Shown: positions 1-12,726 of the stretch, in pieces
Position numbering within the stretch: position 1 is the first letter of the stretch
How the letters are laid out: every line of letters begins with the position of its first letter
Origin: Selaginella moellendorffii
Lineage: Eukaryota > Plantae > Lycopodiophyta
Reading direction: 5' to 3'
Assembly (NCBI RefSeq): GCF_000143415.4
Contig: NW_003314371.1
Span: forward strand, 472,788 to 536,787
Length of the DNA stretch: 64,000 bases
Made by a program: the position numbers and the translations under genes
The notes under the pieces: generated by a model
Told to the model about the DNA's origin: nothing
Databases searched by the model: none
The model's input: only the letters and a program-made list of their open reading frames with translations

Positions 1-291
1 GGAGAGAAGCCCCTAGGGTTAGGGTTCCACGACGGGCGCTACTATCTCTCTCCTCCATCGAGGTAAACCCAGGCGGCAGTGGAGGGGGAGATCGCCATGA
101 GATTTGCGCATCACGGCAGCAATGGAGGGGGAGACGCTGTCGGATTCCATTCCCAGGGAAAAGGGAGAAGCCTTTTGCGCGAGTTCTTGTGACGCCGGGG
201 AAGGGAGGAGAGAGAGGGCATGGGGTGATCGTTCGGTCATGCGGGGCAAGCAAGAACAGGAGGAGGAAGAACAGCGCCACGAGTGACGACA

Positions 292-2371
292 ATGGCGGGC
301 TCCTTGTCAATGTCCAAGACGGAGCAGATCATTGTCGAGTTTTTCGTCAAATGCCTCCACATCATTCTCGAGGCCAGGATCCCGTGCTCCTCCTCCAACT
401 CCTCGTCGCAGCCAGGTAGGGATTCGCCCTCTCCGGCCTCCTCCTCCTCCTCCAAGGACCGCTGGTTTAATCTGGTGCTTGGGGACTGCCCCGCGGCGCT
501 GGAGAGCGCGGAGCCCTGGAGGAGGGGCCCCGGAGATCATCCTCCCATGGTGGTGGACATTCTCCTGGATAGATCTTCCGGGGATCACAGGTTTCGTGGA
601 GGAGGAGGGCCGGGGACTCCGGACTCGTGGAGCGAAGGGGAGGTCGAGGACTCTTACGGGACAGTGCTCGAGAGATGGACGATCAGCCACGAGCGGTTTA
701 GCCAGCGACGCAGCGGGTCTAGCAGCAGCCACGCGCTAGAAGTTCCAGGGATTTACAAGCGCGCCACCATCCTCATGAGGACGCTCTACTGCTCGGTCCG
801 GACTCTCCCGGCCCATCGCCTCTTCCACCTCGCCACCTCGTCGTCGCAGAGCCGGAGCTTCAGCCTGGGTTTCAAGGTCTGGGCGTCGCCGCCACCATTG
901 CTCCCGGATGAAGCGGCCATGGAAGTTCGCGGCTTTGCTCCAGTGGAGACCCCGATGGGCCGGCTGGCCGTCTCGGTGGCGTACCGCCACACCACCGCCG
1001 TGACCGCGCTGGAGGTGACTCCCGCGATTCTTCCCAGGATCATCGCGGACTACGTTGGCAGCCCCACGACGGATCCTTTGCGGAGGCTGTCGGCGGACTC
1101 TTTCACGGGGTCGGTTCCTTGCGGGGGGATTTCTGGAAGGCGGGGAGTTCACGTTGTCTCCGTGCCAACTTCCGTGCCGAGCCCGCCATCCGGGATTGGA
1201 CGCCGCCACAGCTGGGGTGGCGGGCTCAACAAGCTCCAGTCGCCGACGCTTCTGCCACCTTCGTCACCATCTTTCGGCAGCTCGCCCTCCTCTCGCCAGC
1301 ACTCCCCGGTTGCTCCTCCGACTACCAGGACCAACCATAGCCAGCCGATTCCAATCTACGAGCAGCAGCAGCAGAGGTCGAGGCTCTCTCCGCCGAATCC
1401 CTCGCCGCCGGGGACGTGCCACTCGCTGGAGAGCAGCCTTGCCAGATACTTGCCGAGGCACTCCACCGCGCCGGTTAGCATCCCAAAGCCTTCGAGCGTC
1501 CGGGGCCTGCACGACAGGAGTGCGCTTCCTCCGCCAACTCCGAGGAGGAGCTTCGAGCAGCCACCTCAGCATGTCTACGCGAGCTCCAATCTCTCCGGTG
1601 CCCGAGGGGATGTGCCCCCACGGCTGTCGGCGTCGACGCTCGCAGAATCGATGCTGCTGATATCTCCTCCTCATCCATACCAATCGAGTCAGGTAAGCAT
1701 GTTTCTTACGGTTCTCTTTGTGCCGCTTGGCTGACTTTGTCCACTTAGGGAGATGAAGGGCCTCCCTCTGGTGTCAAGCGTTCCCTCTACGGCTCCCCTC
1801 GCGTCTCGCTGTCGAGATCGTCCAGCAAACTCCGTGACGACACGGACGACGAGGAATTCGCTTGTCCCTTCGCGGTGGACGAGGACGACGAGGAGCTCCA
1901 AAGCAGGTTTGTTTGGAGTGTTTGTTTTTCCGGATCTTTTCTCTGTCCTCACACTTTGTAACTATCAGAAGTCCCCGGACTCGACATACCAATGTCTTCG
2001 AAGCCTCCGGACCAAAGTCGCAGCATGCTGCGGTCGGCGCACTCGTGAGGCTTCTCAAATCAGCCCCGCCACTGCAGGGGCGATCGTGGTCACTAGCAGG
2101 AGGAGAGGTGGACATGGCAGCAGTGGCATCGCCCGAGGCGACACACCAGGTGGTAAGATCAAAGAGCCGTCCCATTCCAGGAGCAGTGCAGCAGCACAGG
2201 TATCAAGCAAGCGTGGCAGCGTATCAAGCACCGCATCATGTTTATCGACAGCAGCAGATGACCAAGAGCCTCAAGACAACGAGCGAAGCGCTGGAGGAGC
2301 TGGAGGTGTACAAGGATCTGCGCAAATTCATCCTGACCGAGCAAGGAAGTGTACAGGCAAGCAGACAATGA
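292..2371 (+). CDS. ATG13: Autophagy-related protein 13 (N-terminal HORMA domain, long S/P-rich disordered region), multi-exon
   Basis: ORF 283-1734 has KTEQIIVEFFVKCLHIILEARIP, DRWFNLVLGD, VLERW, YKRATILMRTLY..LPAHRLF and IIADYVGSPTTDPLRR. The C-terminal exon has AAVGALVRLLKSAPPL and ALEELEVYKDLR, typical of plant ATG13. GT-AG introns near 1693 and 1906. Confidence 0.9.
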
Positions 2372-2708
2372 ATTGTGTATATACAAAACAAGAAAAAAGT
2401 ACCAAGTTTGGACAACATTGATTTTTATTATAATTAAAATTCGATTGATCCATCGCTCGCATGGATCACAGATCCAAGCAAAGAATTTGCAAACTTGGAT
2501 TCTTGCATTGATAACTTGACAGAAAAAAAAAAAAAAAAAAAAACAAGGATTTTCATGGGACAATGGCTTTAGTCTCGTCGACAGGGTTTCGCTTTTGTGG
2601 TGCGATCAAACACAATGCCGCCTTGATCGCAAACAAGAGGCGAGTGTCTTTCAAGTTGCGGCTTTGCTTATTTCGTTTTTGCTTCGTCACTCCAGGCAAG
2701 TTTTGGCT

Positions 2709-4109
2709 ATGGCGAGTAGCAGTGACAGGATTGTGGATAGCCATTTGCACGTCTGGGCGTCAAAGAAAGAGGTTAAATTGTCGAGCTTGGAAACAGATAA
2801 GTAATGCTTGTTCATCAGGCACAAGAGTTTCCGTATTTTCCTGGCCAAGAACCCACAATCGATGGAAGCATTCAACTCCTTCTCGATGTCAGTTGTTTCT
2901 CTTTTCTTTCTTCTCTCTTGATCAAATGGGTGTTCCATGTCTCGGCTTTCAGAAGCTTTGTGAGGCTAACGTTGCTGGCGCTCTGATTGTCCAGCCCATC
3001 AACCACAAGTTTGATCACTCCTATGTAACAAGGTGATGTTCTTAGGATCTTTTTCTTCCAGAAGCACCAATGTGGAATCAGCAGTGTGCTGCAAAACCAC
3101 CCTGAGAAATTCGTTGGGTGCTGCTTGGGAAACCCCGAACAAGACGGGCGTGGCTTGGCAGAACTCGAACGCTTAGTTGAGCAAGTAAGTTGCTTCTTCC
3201 TTTTTCCTGCTTTTGCTACAAACTTTTGCCTCGCAGGATGGATACCGGGCTGTGCGCTTCAATCCATACTTGTGGCCGTCTGGAGAGAAGGCAAGCCTTT
3301 GACCAGAAAGCTTTTGTTTCAAACTCACTCTTTTCGTGCACAGATGACCAACGAAGTTGGCAAGCGAATGTTTGCAAAGGCCGGGCAGCTTGGCATACCG
3401 GTGGGATTTATGTGCTTCAAGGTAGACTTCACTTTAAAGATTTCGTGATCCTTGATCTTCTTTGTAAATGAATCAGGGACTCTCTCTTCACATAGAGGAG
3501 ATCGAGACATTGTGTTCTCTGTATCCATCGACCACTGTCTTGATTGATCACTTTGGCTTCTGCAAGCCGGCCGTGTGAGCTGCTCAAATTCGTAATCCAG
3601 CTCACTGTTGGCTTTACTCTTCTGTGTCGTGTTTCTAGCACCGAAGAGGAAGCTGCAACATGGAACTCGCTCCTGGGCCTCGCTCGATATCCACAGGTTT
3701 GCTTACACTATGTATAATCTTATGCACTTACACAAAAGAAAAAACTTCTTCACAGGTCTACGTCAAAGTGAGCGCATTCTTTCGAGTTTCGCGAGAGTCA
3801 TTCCCGTACAAGGATACTTGGACAATGCTGCGTCGGCTGCTGGATGTCTACGGTCCTAGCAGACTCATGTGGGGAAGGTAAGCAAGAAGTCACAAAAAAC
3901 GATCAGATTGACAGTCTTTCCTTTCGTGTGGCAGTGATTTTCCTTTTGTAAATCATGAGTGTGGATACAGTAACGCGGTAGGCATTCTACACGCTGCGTG
4001 TGATCACGGTACCGTGTCCCGAGACGAGCTGGAGTGGCTGCTCGGTAAGACGGCAAGGCAAGTCTTTGGAGGTGTTTGGGCGGGCAAGCAGCTGAAATGG
4101 TGTGATTGA
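2709..4109 (+). CDS. Amidohydrolase_2 family metal-dependent hydrolase, multi-exon
   Basis: Spliced translation gives IVDSHLHVW (HxH), ALIVQPINHKFDHSYV, AVRFNPYLWP, LIDHFGFC, VYVKVSAFFRVS and RLMWGSDFP. Stop TGA at 4107-4109. Confidence 0.85.
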
Positions 4110-4210
4110 GAATCGACACATTTCAAAGAACAACATGAAAACTTTTACACCTCGTTTACTATTATATCTCTCAGTGCTCACACACATCTATACATTCGCA
4201 CCATCTGTGC

Positions 4211-5471
4211 TCACGGTATTGGAACTGGTCCATCACCTGCACATTATCAGTCAGCAAAGCTTTAACACCGCATATCTGAAGACGTACCTGGTTTTGGCTC
4301 ATCACCGGGTTTTGGAAGTGGGCCTTTGCCTGGAGAAAAAGGAAATAAAGTAGGTAGAAAGCTGATAGAAAAGTGCAAACCTGGCCTGGGTTTGTTTCCA
4401 GGAAGTGGTTTGCCTCCAGGACGCGGTTCTGCACAAAATAAAAAGTTGGAAACCGGAAAGGGAAACAGAAAAGACCTGGCTTTGGTTCAGGCTTCGGATT
4501 CGGCCTTGCTCTTCCTGGTTTTGGCAATGGTTCGTGATGAATGAATCAGTCATTGAAAACATGCTATACAGACCTGGCTGTGGCAAAGGTTCGTCTCCTG
4601 GGTTTGGCTTTGGCTCGTCTCCTGGATTTGGCTTTGGCTCGTCTCCTGGGTTTGGCTTTGGCTCGTCTCCTGGGTTTGGCTTTGGCTCGTCTCCTGGGTT
4701 TGGCTTTGGCTCGTCTCCTGGGTTTGGCTTTGGTTCGTCTCCTGGGTTTGGCCTTGGTTCGCTCCCTGGCAGACGAACACAATGACAAACTTGCAAAAAA
4801 AGGAAGTGTGCAGACCTGGTTCATCCCCTGGGTTTGGCTTTGGCTCGTCTCCTGGGTTTGGCTTTGGTTCGTTCCCTGGCAGACAAATACAATGACAAGC
4901 TTGCAAGAATGAAGTGTGCGGACCTGGTTCATCCCCTGGGTTTGGCTTTGGCTCGTCTCCTGGGTTTGGCTTTGGCTCGTCTCCTGGATTTGGCTTTGGT
5001 AAAATGAAAGGAAGAAAAATGATGGTTGAGAAGAACTTGTAACCAACCTGGCTGCGGCTTTGGCTCATTTCCGGGCGATGGTAAAGGATCAGCTCCTGGA
5101 GTTAGCTTGGGTTCGTCTCCGGGTGCAGGCTTCGTCGGAACTGGTACACCACCTGAAAAAACGAAAGAAGAAAGCATCTGCGAGTGTTATATAATGCGCC
5201 ACTAAACAATACAAACGAAGTACCTGGTCTGTCAATCAGCTTGCGACCAACTGCGAGGAAAAGCTTGTAAACAAGAAAAGAAAAAGAGAAGAGAAAAATC
5301 TCAGTACTTGGATTCAGCTGGTTCGTACCGAGTGTTCCTCCCTCGGCCCGGTCTGACAAAATGGAAGAACCATAAGTTTCTGTGTGAGAAACCAGCGATA
5401 TCCTTACTCTTGGCTCCATTCAGGCTCGACAATGCGATGCACGCAAACGCCAACAAAACGAAGAACTTCAT
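4211..5471 (-). CDS. Secreted Pro-rich repeat protein with tandem GDEPKPNP units, about 10 small phase-1 exons
   Basis: Signal-peptide-like start MKFFVLLAFACIALSSLNGAK, then exons (N)RAEGGTL, VGRKLIDRP, GGVPVPTKPAPGDEP.., several GDEPKPNP exons, and a last exon GDGPVPIP* (TGA 4211-4213). Exons are bounded by AG/GT. Confidence 0.7.
4575..5000. repeat. 24-bp coding minisatellite (ctcctgggtttggctttggctcgt)n, including duplicated exon+intron units
   Basis: Directly visible tandem 24-mers. Intron segments near 4770-4815 and 4880-4925 are near copies of each other. Confidence 0.9.
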
Positions 5472-7082
5472 TCTTTTCGCGGCTACGGAGCGATTGATCG
5501 ATGATCTTATCTCCACTCGAGAGAAAGAGTGGGGTTTTTAAGCGCACCCCAAAAGTGATAGCGATGAGTGGTACATGGACTGCGTAACCACGCGCGCTGG
5601 ACTGTCGTATGCACCTAGTTGCTGAAAAGACCGAGCCACCTTAATAGGCAATGGCCGGCTTTTTTTTTTCCCATCTTTCTTTGTGCTGGAGTTGCCAGCT
5701 TCTGTTTTATGCAGATGTCGTGCTCAATGGAGAGTGGGCCGTCCGTCGAGAATTTTGGAAGCACAACAGGTACGACGAGATATGCCTGCCACTGGGGGAG
5801 ATTTACAAAATCGGTAAGGATTAATGATGCCCGTAGCACTACCAAAGTTAATTTACTTGGAGTGGGAAAGGATCAAACTCGAGTCGGCCACGAGAGACTT
5901 CTTGTCCGAGGTTCTCGACACGTAAAATGCCCGCTCTGGGCATCAAGCACACGGATCGCTCTCGACCTCAGGAAGGCTGCCTCCATAGCTACGCGCCACC
6001 ATCCCATGGTGCTATGATGAGAAAGATCAGAATAAATAAAAACAAAGTTAGTCATTTGCGCATCGTGTTGCCCTTGCAGCGTAGGTGGAGTGCATTTTTC
6101 TAAAGGATGCCGAGCTTTACGCGCTGGCCAGACACGCTCATAATGGTAAAATGGCGATGGGTTCTTTGGCATTTGCTTTTGGAGATAAAGCATCTTTATT
6201 TTTATTTGACATGAGGAAAGAAGCTCTTTTCATAGTTTGGGGTGAGAGAGGATCGAACTCTCGACTTGAGCATGCCTCTATAGCTATGACGCGCTGGCAA
6301 CCATGCTCAAATTGTTTCTGGCCAATTTGGGCATTTGCAAGAGAAGCTTGAACTCCCAACCTTGGTATAAATCAAAAGCTTTAAGATCTACACATATTGC
6401 ATTTGCAAAGTGTGTTGAGGAAAGCTTGAACTCCTCGAAATCTGTCAATAGTACGCATTTGGACAACCGCCCATTTTGATCCGGGATATCGTGCATGGAG
6501 TAATGTGTGCCTCGTGCATTTTGCTAAAATACACGGGTGAGAGAGGCTCAACTTCAAGGTCACTCAGATTTATCATGATGACGTTCTTCCACAAAAATCT
6601 AGAGGTGAGAGAGGATTGAACTTTCGACCTGGGGGGTGGGCATTTTGTCAATGACAAGTGACAAATACCTTTCTTTGGCATTTCCAGCTCGAACTTTCCT
6701 TTCTGGAGCTATTGTAACGATTCCGGAAACGTGTCCCTCGGATGTGAGCTTCGCATGGAGAAATTTCAATTGATTTGGAGAGCATCTTCCCATGTATACG
6801 TGACGTAGAAGAAAGCAAAAGCGAGTAGAGGTACAAGCGAAAGATCTTTTCTCGTGTTTGGCACGAGGCCAGGCCGCCTGACGCGATTGCGAATATGCCA
6901 CTGTTGACAACGGAGTTTCTAGCGGTGCTGGTTGCAGCATGGAGGATCCACGAACCCACAGTGATAAAGACAACCTCAGACAAAACCAGGTACTATAAAC
7001 TCTTCACACCTTCTCCATAGACGATCGATCTTTCGCGCGAGAAGCTTGTTCCGCAACAAGGGATCCAAGAAACCCATTGCAA

Positions 7083-8839
7083 ATGCGTCGCTCTTGCAGC
7101 CAGCAGTCCTTGAGCGATCTCTTAATTGGCGCCCCGGCTGTGGCCCTCTCCCCCCAGAAGAAATACAACGTTGCAAACGGGCGAAATGGCATACGAAGGC
7201 TGCGCAAGAACACCGTCGTCAAGATCCTGGCTCGTCTCAACAGGGCCTCGAGAAAACCTTCGCGCGGCTTTGCTCCCGCCTCCAGAAGATGTTCCTCCAC
7301 GCCCTCCGCGCCAAAAGTCGTGAGTATCGTCGAGAAAGTTCGAGTCCGAGCTGATCTTTCTTGTCTTCCCCAGTGCTTGGATGGATCTAAGAAAGATCAT
7401 CGAGACAAGCTGGTGCTACTGAATTTGCTTGCTGCGCTCTATGGCCTTGGAAACGTAATCTCCAAGTTCGTGGACGCAGGAGCAGCTCCAGCAACTTTAA
7501 ACTCGGCAGTCAAATACGCGTCGGCGTCGCTTGTGTTCCTTCCGTTTCTGATTCGAAGCCTCAAGAGCGACGATGGCGGCCACATTCGAGCTGGAGTGGA
7601 GCTTAGCTTGTGGACGTTTGTTCACAGCCTTCTCTCGAGTAGCAGCCCGAGAAGCACGGACATGAACGCGGCTTCACTGCTCTATGCATTGACGGTGAGC
7701 TCGATCGTAAAGAACGCGTAGGTTTTGATCTTCGTTTTACAGGTTGTTGGCATTCCCGTCATGCAGCTCTATGCCGGGGGATCAAGCAAAGTTACATGGC
7801 TGACTATCACGGCGGCTCTCCTCGGTAAGTTCGTGGTCTTCATGATCGTTTTGAGTTGGAATTGGCAACTTCTTTTCTTGTTAAAGTCGTTGACTTAGAA
7901 CTTTGGTCGTCCATGGCAGGCATGGGACTCCTGGAAGAAGAAGGAGCTGGATGGAAGGGAATTCTTCTACCACCGTGTGACAACACCTGGGCGATTGTCG
8001 AGGCATCCTTCTCCATCCTCCAGCTTCTTCGATCGGAGTCACTTGGAAGGAACCGAGACCCCGTGCGATTAAATGCGATTCAGCTGTCGCTTCTCTCGAT
8101 CCTCAACGCTGGAGTGGAGCTGAGCCACCTCAACTCCTGGACTAGTCTCGTGAGCGAAGCACAAACGCTACCGTGGTGTCCGCTGCTTTTCAGTGGCCTC
8201 GTCTGCGTCGGCCTGGGGAGTTTGCTGGAAATGCGAGGCCTTCGAGGAGTGCACGGCTCCACCATCGCCATGAGCAGCCTCATGATACCAGTTTGGGGAG
8301 CTTTCTTCTCGCTGCTAGAGCAGGGAAGATCCTCGCAGGAGATCGTCCTTCTCTCGGGGATGGTTCTCACGGTTGCCAGGCTTTCTAGCTTCTTCATGCA
8401 TGAACTGCTACACCATCGAGACGACGACGAGGAGGATAATAGCAACAGCCAGCAAAGTTCTCAAAAATCGGGGGTTAGAAACCATCTTCCAGTGATGATC
8501 TTATCGTGCCAGTTGAAGTATCCATACTACGTTAACCAGGCCCAGGCTCTTCTTGGAGATGTGGACTCGAGCATGAACTCCAGCCTAGAGCTACTGGAAA
8601 ACTCGAGCTTTCCCGATCACCAACAGCGAGAAATCTATCAAGTGAAGGCTTTGCATGATCATCTACTAGTAGGCGCATCCGATGGGATTCAAGGGAGTGG
8701 TCATGCTGACTACTCGCTTGTAGACACAACTGTTCATATCGTCACGAACTTTAACAACACCTTCGTCGCCTTGAGTGTGAGTACGCTCCAAACGTTGGCG
8801 AGCTGGGCAGACAGTACTCTCACGATTTTTGTAAGCTAG
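7083..8839 (+). CDS. EamA/DMT-like membrane transporter with a basic S/R-rich (transit-peptide-like) N-terminus; start uncertain
   Basis: Hydrophobic segments LVLLNLLAALYG, SAVKYASASLVFLPFL, AGVELSLW, PWCPLLFSGLVCVGLGSLLEMRGL and MIPVWGAFFS, over exons 7083-7693, 7744-7824 and ~7920-8839. Confidence 0.6.
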
Positions 8840-10648
8840 ATCTGTAGAAGTATGATGAAAAGAGCAAGGCTGCAATTGTAACGATGACGTAGGAGATGAT
8901 CACAAGCCTTCCGAACTCCTGTAAATGAAATACAAGACCATCCATTAGGTACCTGAAAGAATATCACCACCTTTGGATCTGGTGCTAGAATAGTTATAAC
9001 GAAGGATAGGAGGGTCATCAGCGATTGCAAGGCGCTTTGCACGCCACCAATTCTTCCTCTCTCTTGTTCTTCGACTGTGGACTGTGCATCACAAAAATGA
9101 GAGGAAAGCTAAGCGTTAAGTTCTTGCCTGCATGAGCTGGGTCACGGCCAGATCAAACATCCACAGACCCAGTCGAGAAGCTACGATTCCAGAGATAAGA
9201 AGCGATGTCGCGACGCTGGTCTTGTGGATCCAAACCGAGGCCACGCTCACCATCAAGCACAGCCACTGCACAAAGACGTTTTGAGAGAGTTCTTCCGGGA
9301 TGTTTTCTACAAGAGGGGCATTTACTTGAGTCGAGATGGCCCAAAGGCCTGCTTTGCCGGTTCCTTCCTTGGACTGGATAACTGGATACAAATATGTTGC
9401 TGCCACTCCTAAGAATGCTCCAAGGCCTCTTGCAACTCCAATTATGTGCGCTGGCACTCCCTTCCATGCCAATGCGGCAGTCATCACAAATCCAAAGCTG
9501 GGAGAAAAGATAGAAATATTGAAGAGGAAGTTTATTCGAACCTTAGAACTGTGCAGTGGAGGACTGCCAATGCCACCGCTGCTAGCACCACTTCTTGTCT
9601 GAAGTAGCTCGCCCATCCATCGATCATCGCAATACAAGCTCCCTTGACGAGTTGCGTGACACCGCTTAGAGCTCTAGGATCAAGTTTATCCTGGCATTTC
9701 TTGGATCTGGAGAGCTTCTGGAGCGCAGGGGCGCGGTGGTAGACGGTGGACAAAAGCCGATACTCCAGAGCGAGGCTCAAACCATTCCACGCGACAGTGG
9801 CGATCAAGCAAGGAATCGCCGAGAAGCTGCTCAGCCAGATCCCCACGAATGCGGGAGCCAGCATCTTGCAAACCAGATCGATCCGCTTCATCGCCGAGTT
9901 GATGCGCGTGAGGCTCTGCCCCGGAAGCTCGCCCAATGTCACAGCCCTGTGAAATCAAGAGACCGTTAAAAGAAATCCCAAATCCCTAGAAACAGAGGAC
10001 TCCGACCAGTCCCGCTCGAGCAGGATTCCCACCGCCAGCCCGCTGAGAATCCCCACGGCGCCCAGGGAATGGACAATTGCGATCGCGAGTTTCCTGCCCA
10101 ATGGCGGGATTGATCCCGGGATGAGCAGCGGCGACAGGGCAGTGGCGGACAAGGCGATGGACAGGTTTCGTGTCCCGATTCCAAGCCGGAGAAGCTGCGC
10201 ATGGTCACACAGAATTAGAGCAAAGAACGATCGCAAGAGTTCCGTGCGCTTGGCTTTGCTCGCCTTGATGTGGCTGATTTTGTCGACTGCGCTTCCAATG
10301 GCCGCGCCGAATGCCGACGTTGCGGCGGCCTGGACGAGGCCATACGCCGCGGTGAGGAGCAGAGAATTGGATCCCACTCTCATGAGCAGCAGAGCGACCA
10401 GGAAATCCCACATTCTGCGCAAAGAACTGGCATGATCAATCCGAGAAAGATGGGATCCTGAGAGCAATTTACCCGGCTCCCCATCGCCCCAAGAACTGAG
10501 CCGCGTACAAGAGCCTCAAATCCACCACCTCTTCCTCCTCTTCTGCTTCCTCTCCTCCAAATTGATCCAACGCCACGAGAAGCGTCTGAGAAGAATTAAA
10601 CTCCTCGCCACCATCGCCATCCCGACCGCAAAGCTCCCCGTCCACCAT
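8820..10648 (-). CDS. FPN1: Ferroportin / IREG (SLC40) metal efflux transporter, multi-exon
   Basis: LYAAQFLGRWGA|RMWDF, SLLLTAAYGLV, LTRINSAMKRIDLVCKMLAP, YFRQEVVLAAVALA..TVL|SFGFVMTAAL, SRLGLWMFDLAVTQLMQ, GGVQSALQS. Last exon EFGRLVIISY..LQKS* (TGA 8820-8822). Confidence 0.9.
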
Positions 10649-10729
10649 AGTGATGCTTGCAAATGCCTTGGATTTATCAAGCTTTCTAGCCACAGCCGAA
10701 GTATATATATACACGCACGCGCGCACAAG

Positions 10730-12365
10730 TCATTTAGTGCTGAAGTGGCCCTTGAGGAAAGCGATCATGTCGTTGTAGACGTCGTCCCGCGCTCGAGTGC
10801 TGAGGATGAAATCGAGGTGCGCGTAATCCTCCACGTATAGCACCTTGGGGTTGCAAGTGAGGAGCTCCAGTGTGTGTGCGACGTCTTTGGTGTCGGACAG
10901 GCAGTCCTTGCCACCGTAAGCCATCCACACCGGAAGGGCAGGAATGGTGGCGATGTCATACTTTGGAGGATGGAGCTGGCGGTAGTTTCGCAGATTTCCC
11001 ACCCAGCCATAGTCGAACCGCTCATACGTGCCCTTCCGGATCACTGACGAAGATCAAAGAGCTTTATCGCCAAGACAAGAGGAAGAAAGAGTACCGACTT
11101 TGTGCGAGGTGCTGCATGTTCTTGAGAGAGGTGGACTGTGGCTCGTACTGCAAGTAGTATGGAATTCTCGACACGTTGAAGCAACAGTTGGGACCTAGAA
11201 GGAAACCACGAAAATGTTTTGCCTGTCACAACGGGTTCACAGCTCGAGACCGGCTTACCAGTTATGGCCGCCAGAAGGTTTCCACAGTCCACTTCCGGAT
11301 CTGCGCAGGCCTTGTCAACGAGCTCCACGCCGATTTCGCTGGACAAGAAGCAGGACTTGATTGAGCAGGAAAGCAAATCAAATCAGAAGAACCTTACTTG
11401 TGAAGGTTGAATTCATACAAACCAACCGCATTGCAAATCTGTCAGTGGGAGCCGGATAAATCGAAACCATCTCCAGAGGTTGCAAGAAGCTACGTACCGC
11501 GTCAATGTAAAGAAATGCGGCAGTACGAATGAGCTTGGAGGTGATATGATCCAGGTACGTGATCGGGCTCAGGAATGCCGCACCAGATACCAGTCGAGAA
11601 GTTTTTGGTGATGTTAGCGCCGCCAGGCCTATGATGGTGCCCTGTGAAAACCGGAGAGATGAGGATCAATGTCAGCACAAGAAGAAACATACATCCCACA
11701 CCTGAGAATGGCCAACGTAAAACACTTCCGAAGATGTTGAGCTGTGAATAAACTCCAGTATTGCTGGGATGTCATACTCCGCGAGTTCGTCCCAAGACCA
11801 GTCCCAGTATTTCTGTGAATAATTTGTCAACAATCACACACACCAAATGAGGAGCACGCAAAGCCATGAGCAAGAACCTTATCGTGTATGGAGAGAGTTT
11901 CGTGACCCCGACTCCAATAAGTTCCACGGCCGTTGGAAACCCACACATCAAAGCCTTCATCTGCCAGGATAAAACCAAGTGATTGCGATGGTGGATTCAG
12001 AAACCAAGTATCACCCCCCTGGAAATCAGAAAATTCTTTTCAGAGATGATCTCCGAAACATGAAAAACTCTCAAACCTGGAGCAATCCATGCTGGAGCAA
12101 GACTGCCGGACGAGGAAGGGCACCACCCTTGCGAACTCCATAAGGGATGCGCTGGACAGCAACGTGGAATCCATCTAGAGTGGTCACCTGCGTCGATCGT
12201 GAAAGAGGAGTGACTAGATAAGATCATTACCTTGTGCTCGAGACAAGGATACCCAAATGGCCGCACGAAGACGCTGCACAAGCCAGCTCCTCGATCAAGC
12301 GAGGCAGAGGAAGGTAAGGAGAGACAGAGGAGCAGTGTGGCGGCGATTGCCCACATCCACTCCAT
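10730..12365 (-). CDS. Secreted triacylglycerol lipase (gastric/lysosomal acid lipase family, LIP1/LIP2-like), multi-exon
   Basis: Signal peptide, GYPCLEHKV, TLDGFHVAVQRIP, LLQHGLL, GFDVWVSNGRG, spliced GHSQG nucleophile motif, EPQSTSLKNMQHLAQ, GGKDCLSD, YAHLDFI. Confidence 0.88.
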
Positions 12366-12726
12366 ATCCAGCCCTCTGCCCTGCCGTGAATTTCAAACAT
12401 CCCTCTTCACAATATTTAAACCTTTAATATTCGACTGTGACTATTAGCATTACTGACAGGAGAACCAAGGTATGACAAGATCTATGTATGTACAAGATCA
12501 AAGTTGGTCAAGTGAAAGGTTCTGCGATTGCCTACTCCTTTTTTTCAGCATTCCTGCTAATTCTTTGCGGTTGATGTTTGGACAAATGTCACGAGGCGAC
12601 AAATTGTTGTCTCCTGGAGGAACTCGTCAGAGCTGTCCGCTTTCTCCAGCTTGCACCTTCCTGCCTCGATCTTGATCAGGGTTTCTAGATCCAAGAGAAG
12701 AAAGAAAAGCTATTTGATTAGCGAAC

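Noticed and set aside
4575-5000. Regular 24-bp repeats as a possible CRISPR array
   Set aside because: No unique spacers, eukaryotic context, and the repeats encode the GDEPKPNP units.
5600-6930. Possible gene between the repeat protein and the EamA-like gene
   Set aside because: Only short ORFs without recognisable motifs or a consistent splice model.
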